Positions 23,281 through 64,000 of a stretch of 64,000 nt of DNA are shown in pieces (position 1 is the stretch's first letter; the number at the start of each line of letters is the position of its first letter). Both the position numbers and the translations under genes were made by a program. This DNA is from Octopus sinensis (lineage: Eukaryota), in assembly GCF_006345805.1 (NCBI RefSeq), contig NC_042997.1:22382001-22446000 (forward strand), in the 5' to 3' direction. The notes beneath the pieces are model-generated. The model had not been told where the DNA came from. It saw only the letters and a list, made by a program, of their open reading frames with translations, and ran no database searches.

Positions 23281-26179
23281 GATGTATAAAACTTAAGTTC
23301 TAGTTAAACTTGTGTTGTATAACAGGATCTCTTTACAAAACTAAAAGCCATCAAAAGCTTTTGCTATTCTAAAATAATCTCGGTGATTTTCTTAGTCTTC
23401 CTATAGCTTTAAATAATTAGCGTAAATTCTTTTAAGAACCACATTTTCTATTTTTTCATATTCTATGTTAACTGCTACATTTTGGAAATGATAATTTTAA
23501 AAGAAAATTTTCTAACTATTAAAAATGAAGATTACATACATTTTATAGCAAATGTCTTTATTTTTTATGCAATTGGAACAACTTAAAGGGAAAAGTTATA
23601 TATTTAATTGCTAACAAAATATCTTTGAATATTGGCTAATGGCTAATTTTCTGGTCTACGTATTTATTGCTCTTTGCTAATGTAAAAAAAAACAAAAAAA
23701 ACTGTCAGCAATACCAATCAAGGTAAAATTTCAATTTGAAAACCATGCTCCGTATCTGAACAAACTGCCAACCAATAAGACAAACAACTTACCTTCATCA
23801 ATTTACTTACCTATCCATGATCCATGTTTTAGATCATCATCCCCCCAATGCAATCTAATGTATGTGTGTGATATAATGAAACCACATATCTCATTTCAAA
23901 TTTTCTTGATATAGAGTCTAAATTGGTTGAAAATATATTTAAGTGTTTTAGAAATTTCAGAGTACCAATGATTTCTATTTTAATGGAATGTTATATTTCC
24001 TATGTTGAAAGTCTGTTGTAAACAAGTATGTCACTACACTTCCAGAATCCCCATTTTTATTATTTGGTAACAGTACCATGACACCTATCATGCTAAGGGC
24101 ATGCAGTTACCATGACACAGCTGGACATTGTTCAGGATGTTTTAGGATCCTTAAATTCTCAAAATAATTGCTGTGTTACAAGTTATACTTGTTTTTATAA
24201 GTTGCTGGATATTTTATACATAGCCCAAAATATTGTATCCTTTCTATTTGAGAATGAGACAATAAAAGTCCCCTAAAACAAAATTTGATGTTTTTATGTT
24301 CATTCATTTTTTTTTGTTATTTATAGAACAATACAATGTTGTTCTATTCATTTGAGACTAACAAGCAGAAATTAGAAACTCAAAGACTGTGGTAAGTATA
24401 ATCAGATTCTACAAAAAAGATTACCTGCCAGTGCTGATGACTTCCAACATCATCATCAGCATCATCACCAGTATCACTGCCATCATTATCATCATCACTA
24501 CTACCACCATCATCATCACCACCACCATCACCATCACCATGTCCATATATGTATTTTATTTACTGAGTAGAAAAATAAGCATGGTGAACTGACCGAGTTA
24601 TTAGACAATCAGATTTTGGGGAATTTGTTCTGATTCACATTAAGTTCAAATCCTGCTAGCATAAACTTTGCCTTTCATCGTTTTGGGGTCAGTATTAAAG
24701 TACCAATCCAAGGCAGTGGATTGGCAAAGCTGTTTGAGGATCAAGCAAGATGCCTTGCAGCATTTGTTCCAGTTCTTTGTGTTCTGACAACACCTATAGT
24801 GATACTAGTGCCAAGCTGTATTGGCCCAAGTCAGTGGCCTATCGATTTGTTAAACGTGAGATGCAGGTGTGTTTGTGTGGTAAGAAGTTTGATTCTCAAC
24901 CACATGTTTGTGCGTCCCTTGTGTAGCACCTTGGGCAAGTGTCTTCCACTATAGTCTCAAGCCAACCAAACTCTTGTATGTGGATATGGTAGACAGAAGC
25001 TGGAAGAAGGCCATCATATATATATTTTTATTTTTTTACTATATATTTATATTTTTTACTGCCCAGTGAAGCATGCACAGGATTACCCATCTGAAGAATT
25101 CAAGGAGTGACTAGCAACAAAATGGTAGATACAGATATTAAATGCTGACCAAAGTGGTTAGCTATTAACTGGAACTGGAACTCATTGCTGTTTTAGCCAG
25201 GAGACCAAATTGATAGTTTGGTAACCCACTAAAATAAACATTAAAAAAATCGAAAGAAAATAAACAGCTTTGCAAGAGGTGTGAAATTTAAGAAGTGACT
25301 TGTTGGAATATATATGTCTGTGAGGAGACATAACAAGAACAGCAAAAATCTACTATACCAAAAGAACTAGTAATACATACATTACAAGTGTTCCATGAAG
25401 AGAACATAAGATTGCTGCATAATTCAACATGAATGTGAAACATCGTACAAGGTAAATGAAGGTTTCTGTAGGAACACTAAGTCATATTCACTTAGTGAGT
25501 TTAGATGCGCAAGGATGAATTATGTTGCTGTTGTTGTTGACGCTAGATGCAGCAAGAGCTGAGAGCGGTGATATTGGCGGTGAGGAATTTCATTGTGTTG
25601 TAACGTGGAGAAAGCAAGCAAATTAGCTTCCTGGTGCAAACTAGACACCCTAAGCAGAGAAAACCTTATCTATTTAAGGAAATTGCTGGGCTCTTTTGCA
25701 ATAGGTAGAAACACCAAGTAATATAAAATATGGCCCGGATCGTGATTACCAGCATGAACGTTGTAATGAAAGTCGTAATCATATACCCCACTAACAAGTG
25801 TTATTGCATGCCATGTAAAGGACAGGAAAAACCCAAGTACTTCAAACTATTGGTTGTTAAAGCCACCCTTTTTGGAACCACTATAATATCAGTGAATTAA
25901 TTTAAACATTTCTGAAAGTGATCTTTCTTTTATTTTTATCATTTTTTAAAACAATATTTGTTTTAAATTTGAGTAGATTTATACAAGTAACTATTTTTCT
26001 AAGTGTTTTTACACAACTTATCATCTTTACTAACAAACAAGCAACATTATTGCATTTCATTATAAAGGATTGAGTTTATGCAGAGCAATTCCATAATGAT
26101 TATAATGATGATAATGATATTAAATACTAATAAGGGATACTCACAATCCTTTACATCAGTTATAATAAACAAGTATCAT

Positions 26180-26535
26180 GATCGTTGCCAGAGCGGCTAA
26201 CTGGCATTCGTGCCGGTGGCACATAAAAAGCACCATTTGAGTGTGATCATTACCAATGTCGCCTTACTGGCACTTGTGCCAGTGTGCAGGTGACATGTAA
26301 AAAAAAAAAAAAAACACAAATTTTTCATGGCCGTTGCCAGTACTGCCTGACTGGCACGTAAAAGCACCCACTACACTCTCGGAGTGGTTGGCATTAGGAA
26401 GGGCATCCAGCTGTAGAAACTCTGCCAGATCAAGATTGGAGCCTGGTGCAGCCATCTGGTTCGCCAGTCCTCAGTCAAATCGTCCAACCCATGCTAGCAT
26501 GGAAAGCAGACGTTAAATGATGATGATGATGATGA
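26180..26535 (+). mobile_element. SINE family A copy
   Basis: Same core and (GAT)n tail; several internal units. Confidence 0.85.
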
Positions 26536-28234
26536 AGTAATGAATGAAACAATTCACAAGTTGAAAAGACAGAACAACAAAAATAATTATATTTGTACTG
26601 AGATAGCAATATCTTTATTCACAAAAAATGTTGAGCAAATATTTTACTGAAGTTTTAAAGATAAACATTAAAATTATATATTCAGCAATATGTTTTAATA
26701 AAAAAAGATTCCTATCACATAAATTCTATTATTCGATCAAAAGCTGTAAGCATATGTTATTGATTTCTAACATCAGTGTAAGTTAAAGTGACCCAAAATT
26801 TGACTTGTTATTATTTTACCAAGCTTAAGAAAGATGAATGCTAAGTCATATTCAGCAAATAAGATGTATAATATTCAGTTTCGATCTGTGACTTAGTGAA
26901 GGAATTTTAAGTAACTGTCCTGCTGATCAAAATGCAGGTAACTATTGATTTTGTCGGCTATTAATCAAAAACAAGAAACTTTCACTGAGAAAAACTGTAA
27001 ATATTATTCCAGGCAATCAAGTTTCAATTAGTATCATTTGTGGTTTACTATTGGAATTAAGGATGACATCTCTGTATATAATCTTACAATAAAATAAAAT
27101 GGACAGAAGCATAAATAATTCATTAGAAGGATTAAAAAAGTTTCAAAAATCCAAATTATACAATCATGACAAATATATAAAACTTTGTGTTTGTGTGTAT
27201 GTAGTCTAAGCAACTATGTGGCTAAATACATACAATTTACCATGGATATTCAACATAGATACATATGATTGTACTTTTGCATGTACAGTTGAGTTTGTTT
27301 TGTATGTGTTTGTGTGTGAGTGTGTGTGCATGTGAATGTGAGTGAGTGTGAATGTGTGTGTGGGTGGGTGTGTGTATGCATTCATGTATGTGTTTACATG
27401 GGTGTGTGGATGTTTGTGTGTATCTGTTTGCATGACTATGTGCATTTGTATGTATTTGTCTTTATGAAAGTCTAAGTATTTTGTGAGAGTTAGAAAGTGT
27501 ATAGATTATGTATGTTAATTATTTCTGCATGTTGGTAGACAAATAAAAATGTTGCCTAATTTCACAGTATGTAAAATTTTACACCTCTTCTATGTTCTAA
27601 GGTTAACAATCACAATTTTGGCCTAGAAGTAAAGTGAAACTGACAGAATATTTCGCAGAAGCATGTAACCTTAGAACAATTCTTCTGCTGATCAGCCACC
27701 TAACAATAGTCAGCAAAAGCAATAACTTATGAGAAAAATGTAACACTATTCTGATGATGTGTTTACAGGTACTCATAACTGAAGAGTTAAGAAAGTTCTG
27801 AGTTAGAAAGTTCTGAGTTAAGAAAGTTCTTGCACGGCATCTTAAACAAATATCTTCAGCCATAGTATTAAGTCAACTCAAACCTTGTGAATGAAATTTG
27901 GTAGATGGGAACTGTGCAGAAGCCAATCAAATAAATTGTATTTGTAACTCAAAGATCTGTGTCAAGGTAATTCTGTCTTAGAATTATATTATGGATACAT
28001 GAGCTTGTGAAATACTCAGTCACTTTCATGCTAATTTGATGGGTAGGTAATTCAGTTCTGTGAACAACTGAATAGATATTGCTTAAACTGACTGAAATCT
28101 ATTTACTTAACTAAACATTTAGAATAGAAACTTTCATCAAATCTTATTTGAAAGTATCAATGACTTTACAGCTTGCTTTTCAACAAATAAGCTACAAGAA
28201 TTAAGCATAATCATTTGTTTGTTTGTTTGCATAC

Positions 28235-28575
28235 AAGTATTTATACATATATGTATGTACATATGTATGCATGTTGGCATATGTATATGTGTATGTATGT
28301 ATGTATGTATGTATAAACATAAAGTGTAAATGTATATGTACTTATATGTATGTATATATGCATGTATGCATGCATGTATGTATGCATGTATGTATGTATG
28401 TATGCATACATGTATGTATGTATGCATGCATACATGTATGTATGTATGCATACATGTATGTATGTATGTATGTATGCATACATGTATGTATGTATGTATG
28501 TATGCATGCATACTTGTATGTATGTATGTACTTTGCATGCATACATGTATGTATGTATGTATGTATGTATGAGTA
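28235..28575. repeat. (TATG)n/(CATG) microsatellite
   Basis: Direct inspection. Confidence 0.95.
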
Positions 28576-29467
28576 CATATTTTGCCTGCCTTTGTATTGT
28601 GTTTTTCATGTATGTGCTAGGTAAAAAGAAAAACTGCACTACACAAAAAGATCCACCTCAGAAGATTTTCCTCCAGGCTGAACCAGTGAAAATGGAAAAC
28701 AAAAAAATTTGAAATTAGAGATTCATTATTTAAATTCACTGTAAACCAAATATCAAATGTAAAAATTAAATATCCAAAGTACTGATTCAACTCATTATTA
28801 AAGATATTATGCTTATTTTTAGAATATAAATTTGTATCTGTATGTATCATTGGCTCGGTGATCTCCAATCATCACCGGGTGTTTTATTCCTGAATAAAGA
28901 ATAAATACATATGAAAAATGAAGGTTATAAAAGCAAGTGGAGAGTGCTCAAAATAAATGGAACATGTGGAGAAGGAGGCCCGTTTTGTTGACAATGACTT
29001 ATGGAGTTTGGTGGGTTTCTTCAGACTGTAAGATGAAAACTTGCAGGTAGGCTTAGATAGCATTGCTTACCACTAAATGCTGGAGGTTGATAGAAATGGT
29101 CAAAAACTTGGCACAACTGATTATAGGAAAGAATTCAAGTGATCAGAATTTAATTAGGAAATGAAGGTATAGAAAAATAGTTAGTAGTGGAGCAGGTAAT
29201 GTTGATACTAAAATAGGTGTTATGGTAGTTATAGAAGAAGTTTAGATGTATGGAAGTATCATATATCAAATATACATGATTAAATGAATATAATAAATCA
29301 ACATGGATATGGGATTTTCAGTTTAAATTAGCCAGTACCGGGCAAACTTGAAGGTCATAGTGAGCAAAAAAATTATGATTTCTTCCATTCAGATTTTAAG
29401 TTTTTTCTTCAGTGATTGTTTATTGTCATTTATGCATCTAAAAGCACGTGTTTTTTTGCATCATACA

Positions 29468-29504
<37 letters not shown>

Positions 29505-29691
29505 ATGCACATGTGTGCACACGTGTATGTGTGTGTATACAGGGAGACAGACAGAGTGATAAGTTTATTTTATAATTCTTAATAAGCAAAAAATTGTAAA
29601 AGAAACTCAGAAGCTGATTAAAACCAATGAAAAATAGGTGTGTATATACTCATATTATAGAATTCTATTTCTTCTGTTTGTTCTAACAAAC

Positions 29692-29760
<69 letters not shown>

Positions 29761-29775
29761 ATGAATCAGTTTCAT

Positions 29776-59285
<29,510 letters not shown>

Positions 59286-59339
59286 CTGGAAATACAAAAT
59301 ATATTCGACCGTTGACAAAAGGCATTTTTAAAAATTAAC

Positions 59340-61150
59340 AAACAAATGACAAATGCGAGTGAATATTTTAGAAGACACGAAGAAATCTTCAAAGAAGAGT
59401 GTAAAAACTGGAGTGACGAGAAGTTGCAACTGCTTTTAAGAAAGTTATCCCCTGCCGATCGCGAAAAATACTGCAACAATATTCTACCGAAGAAACCAGG
59501 TGAGTTTTGTTTCGATGAAACAGTCAATTTGTTATCGAAAATTTTCAGTGAAAGAAGTTCCTTCTTCAATACTCATTGGCAATGTTTAAATTTAGTTAAA
59601 AAAGATGATGAAGATTTCGTCACCTATGCAGAGAATGTGAAAAGTTCAAATTAAATTAACTCCGGATTTGTTCAAATGTTTAATTGTTGTTCAAGGCTTA
59701 ACAGCAAGAAAAGATGCTGATATATGTTCTCATATACTAACAAAATTAGAACAGGACCAAAAATTAACTCTACAGGCAGTGGCTGAAGAATGCCAGAGGA
59801 TTATAAATTTAAGAGATGACGCGGAAAAATTGAAGAAGGAGATTGCTCCCAGATACATGTGTGTCGACTTGAAACGGATAATAAAAAAGAAAAACGAACG
59901 TCAAGACAAAATCCATTCTATGGGTGCAGAGGTTTACATTTTAAAGTAATTGTTCTTTTAAAAATCGTAAATGTTTTGATTGTGGCAAAATCGGACATGA
60001 AAGCTCACATTGTATAGCGAAACAGAAAATAGAGTGAAACAAAAAAAAATCCTAGAAAGAACGTATTATTAAAAAAAATTCTAAGCGAGGCTCAGAAAAA
60101 AAATTGTGTCCATAAAAATGAATCATGTGAATATTAAGTTACAATTGGACACGGGCAGTGATATCACGATAATTAATACAGATACATGGAGAAAATAGGG
60201 AAAATCTGGATTAAAGGAAGCTTCGAAAATTGCGCGAAGTGTTTCAGGAAAAGCTTAGACACTGAAGCTTATTTTCGTGGACTAAGAGAGGAACCAAGTA
60301 GAACGACTCGCGCGGACAGCCCAGGTCTGTCGCTGAAGTAAACGGAGTTTAAAAACAGAAAAAAAAAACAAGTGGTATATGGTCACATATGCGAAAAGTA
60401 CGGCAATCAAGCGGAAGATTACGAAGTTTAAATCAGTTATAAGAGTAAGGTTACCACTGGAGAAATATTCAGAAGAAACCAAGTGATTAATTATTGACAG
60501 GGATAGATATGAGAAATTGAAAGAACTGTTCGGAAATAGTATAGACTCTTTAGGGGTAGAAATTGAATTCGACGAATTGCCACCGGTCGTGGAGTTTAAA
60601 GATTTAAAGCCCTTTATGAACTGTTAAAATGAGTAAAGTAAGCAAACATTTTAAAAGAAAGAGAGAAAAAATAGACTTTCCCAAGAAAAAAGAAAACAAG
60701 AGAAATAATAGACTTTCCCCAAAAAAAAGGAAAAAAGGAAAAAAAGATGCTAAAAGAAAAAAAAAACTGTAAGAAAGAAATGTTAATTTGTATAATTTAA
60801 CTGTTAAATGGTACTGCTTGAGAGCGGGGTTCAGTGCAGCAATTCCACCATCATTTAATCTTTATACATCATTCATTTTTCATTCGCTTCATGTTTTTGT
60901 CCCCACTGTGGTGTTCTGTCTGTCCTTGTGCTGCCCCCTCTGTGTATGAGCCTGAGTGCTTAATAGAGAAATATAGAGAGCGCTTGGTAGTCTCACAAAT
61001 ACGTCGTGTGAACACATTGATTAACTTCCATTTCGTTAAGTTATATATCAAACCTGTGTTAAGGATATAAAATATATGTATGTACGTGTGTATATTATAT
61101 ATATATATTATAATAAAAGCCACAAAGTGTCTTGTGAAATACATTTACCA
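59340..61150 (+). mobile_element. Internally deleted Ty3/Gypsy retrotransposon remnant
   Basis: Gag-like peptides (LLLRKLSPADREKYCNNILPKKP...FDETV; FKCLIVVQGL...ILTKLEQD), zinc knuckle CFDCGKIGHESSHC (59972-60013) and protease LQLDTGSDITII (DTG at 60148-60156). No RT or integrase core seen. A purine-rich tract precedes a candidate single LTR starting TGTTAA at 60781. Confidence 0.8.
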
Positions 61151-63950
61151 TGGGTTTCCTGACCGAAATATTAATTCATTTCGTCATTAATCATGTTGGT
61201 AAAAACAAGGCAGTTTAGTAACTGTATTCGATGCAATTGAGGTTTGAATGAGCACACGTATTTAGAAAAAGGCGGAGAGCAATTAAGGGGTGATAAATAA
61301 CTACATAGAAGATATAACCAGTATTTTACGAGTGTTAAAAAAATTACATAAACCAATACCAATACTGAAATGGATTATCGGGAATCTGCTGGTTTATTCT
61401 TAATCCTGTATTTACCTGCATCCGTATCACTTTTGTGCATCCAGTATTTTTGTTATTTCTTGTAACTGTGTTGAAAAAATGCGCCTTTCAAAGTGGGAGC
61501 TAATATCCCAGTTATTGGTCCAACATAGACTACTTTGGCTATCTATTTTACTGTTACTTCCTGGCTTTCTGGCAACATAACCATAAATAATCTTCTCTTG
61601 ATATGCATACAGAAATACATTCGATGATCTGTTGCAGAAGTGTTGTACAACTCTGGTTGCGAAAGGATGTGCCGCTCAGGTAACTGGGATTTGAGCAAAC
61701 CGAAAAGATGCTACCATCCTTTTCATCTCACAGTTTTGTTAATAAAGAGTGTTCCATACTCCAACAAACACCTTTCCTCAAAATTTGTTCAGTTGTGATG
61801 ATATTAATATCTCAGTAATCTTGAGATGGGATATAGCTTCACTCAGGGCGGCGAGCTGACAGAAACGTTAGCACACCGGGCGAAATGCTTAGCGGTATTT
61901 CGTCTGTCTTTACGTTCTGAGTTCAAATTCCGCCGTGGTCGACTTTGCCTTTTATCCTTTCAGGGTCGATAAATTTAGTACCAGTTGCGTAGTGGAGTCG
62001 ATCTAATCGTCTGGGCCCCTTCCCTAAAGATTTCGGGCCTTGTACCTAGGTAGAAAAGTATAGCTTCACTCAGATTGTATACATTTTATACATTAGATTC
62101 CGGTATGCAATTGACCAGGGGTTTTTATCCATGTAAGCGGTAGTGTTTTGGGTTATAATTTTAATTTTTGCCAGCGCCACCCAGCTTGGTTTGTTTACAT
62201 CACCGTTGAGTCCTTGCAGGTAAAGGTCAATATTTCCGCTAGAAGGTCAGTTGATTTCATTAGTACCCGAGAAACAAATCTCTTTCAGGTGCTTTCTTAT
62301 CCCGACATTTTTAAATGATGGTGTATCCCCATTGATGGTGTATATTTTTGATGGACATTAAGGGCAATGCTTATAAGCGCAATCCTTGTTTCAGAATTTA
62401 TTTCCATTTTTGGCTACCATGCCTCCTGATTAAAGTCTTTCTTCACCTCAGTTATTTTTTTTAATGAATCTGTATCTTCCTGAGAAGCCTCTTAGCATTT
62501 ATTTTCACCTTATATCTCCGTGAACTTCTGATTGATTCCAATTAAATTCTTTGTTAATTACTTTTCGTTCAACTCAACTACCATTTCTTTTGGTGCTGGA
62601 TTTTTTTACTAGAGGCTTTAACTCTGGTTTATGAGTGTTTACTTTACACTCAACTATTCTCTTTTTACTGTCCCTAAGCATTGTTTTTGTTTTATCATCT
62701 GTTCTTAATTAACGTGGAATGTAGTCGTTTGTTTGTTCCCATGTGATAAGCAGTTCCACATAACTAATAGTCTACTGCAGAAGACTATTTTACCCCAGTT
62801 TTCCAAATTTATATGGCCATCTATTTTAATTGTTTTGTTTTCCTCTTCTTCTTCAGTACCTCCAATCCGCTGCATTGTAGATAAGTGTTAATTTGCCAAA
62901 GTGAAAGGACATTGTAGTGTTGTAAATATTCACCATCAAGTTCGTTAATCACTTATTTTGGAAGAAATGCTCACATCAGCAGGGCAGCTGACTTCTATGA
63001 CTACACATAATTTTTCTTTCCTGTCCCAAACAACTATATCAGGCACATTATGTTTGCACTTGGCAGAAGTTTTGATGAGACTGTTTTATCAAGATAATGT
63101 GTCCTAGAACTGATGCGTTATCGATGTTTAGCCCAGAGCAGTCTTTCTTACGAATGACATCATTGTGTTAGCAACATCATATCACAATGGGAAGTAGGAA
63201 CTCGATTGCATTTTGGGGAAACTGCTATAACCTATATAGCTTTGACAGAAGTGTAACGCAAGCACCATTTTCGTTTGCAGCTTAGGAATTTAAGCTGTCT
63301 CCTGTTCTTGGATTGCAAAAGATTAATCATCAAAATGCATTGTGATGTAACTGACTGCAGTTCAAGAGAAGCTATACTTCATGTTAATATTATCAGCCTC
63401 ATCTTTACACGTTAGGTAATCTCATAAGCTTTCTGTGGTATGCAGAATGTTTCTCTTCTACTTTCATTTGTTTTTGGGGGGCATGCTAAACCTACAATTC
63501 TGGGGTTACATTGGAGACCATTGGGAAGCTAATATGAAGAATTCACTACGAACCAGTAAGATGTTGTTCTCATCACGTTTGAGCATTTGGTTGGTGCATT
63601 TACTTTTGCAGATGCTGTGAGTGATACCACAGTTTGCACTGATCTTAAACCTCGGCCTCCCTTGTTTCTTCCTAGAGTTTGTCAGTATCACTGTTTATGT
63701 GGAGGTTGCATTTCATATGATGATCCTGTAGGCTTTAATCTCCAAGGATCAGATTTCCTCTATAGACTAGTCGAGTATTCTAATTGTTAGAATCAGTACA
63801 TGTACTGCAAATGCTTTGTGGCATATTGTTCCTTTGTGAGAGAAAAGCTCTGACAGTATTTTTGTAGAATATTCTTTGGTTACTATTTGTTCACAGCAAC
63901 TTAATATTATTATGTATTTTTAGATATTTGTAGTACTCATTATGCAGACC
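61150..63950 (-). mobile_element. Degenerate R4/Dong-type non-LTR retrotransposon with restriction-like endonuclease
   Basis: Minus-strand KCKHNVPDIVVWDRKEKLCVVIEVSCPADV (about 62950-63065; PD-(D/E)xK-type RLE) and FAIQEQE (about 63295-63320). Boundaries approximate. Confidence 0.65.
61847..62058 (+). mobile_element. SINE family C (tRNA-like head plus Nin/Deu-like central domain) with a perfect 15-bp TSD
   Basis: GGTCGACTTTGCCTTTTATCCTTTC.GGGTCGATAAATT.AGTACC central block, flanked by TATAGCTTCACTCAG twice. Other copies at 2655-2845(+), 5482-5706(-), 39267-39513(+) and 40068-40270(+). Confidence 0.88.
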
Positions 63951-64000
63951 AGAGGGAATAAACAAACCATTTTGCAAAGTTTTGCGATTTAGGAAGTGGT

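Noticed and set aside
19000-23870. Several minus-strand mini-exon candidates (e.g. 23811-23854 LHWGDDDLKHGSWI, about 23146-23175, about 21660-21730, about 19007-19060)
   Set aside because: Donor hexamers of this kind are expected by chance in AT-rich DNA; the phases do not chain into a recognisable protein and stops intervene.
59286-64000. Further upstream HAL exon (YGITTGFG region)
   Set aside because: Searched by eye and not found; the region is retroelement debris, so the exon is presumably beyond the window.

Overview
AT-rich, microsatellite- and SINE-dense animal genomic DNA. The repeat families look like those of Octopus (a coleoid cephalopod); this is inferred, not proven. Two intron-rich genes point towards each other. 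On the + strand is the 3' end of a K-Cl cotransporter (SLC12A4-7/kcc family): two certain exons at 6946-7079 and 14809-14900, plus a candidate 15-nt microexon at 665-679. On the - strand are the last 16 coding exons (59285 down to 29776) of histidine ammonia-lyase (HAL), with the ASG/MIO motif and catalytic residues intact; its 5' exons were not found and probably lie beyond base 64000. Each gene carries a clear U12-type (minor spliceosome) GT-AG intron. The 7.7-kb KCC minor intron holds a near full-length antisense CR1-type LINE whose ORF1 appears to combine a Myb/SANT-like domain with two CCCH zinc fingers. The rest is SINEs of several families, remnants of mariner, Penelope, Gypsy and R4/Dong-type elements, MITE- and Helentron-like elements, fold-back palindromes and simple repeats. 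Most entries in the ORF track are microsatellite artefacts. I see no strong evidence for a wholly new biological system; the best leads are the LINE ORF1 architecture, the KCC microexon and the paired minor introns. Exon and intron coordinates were counted base by base; repeat boundaries are approximate.
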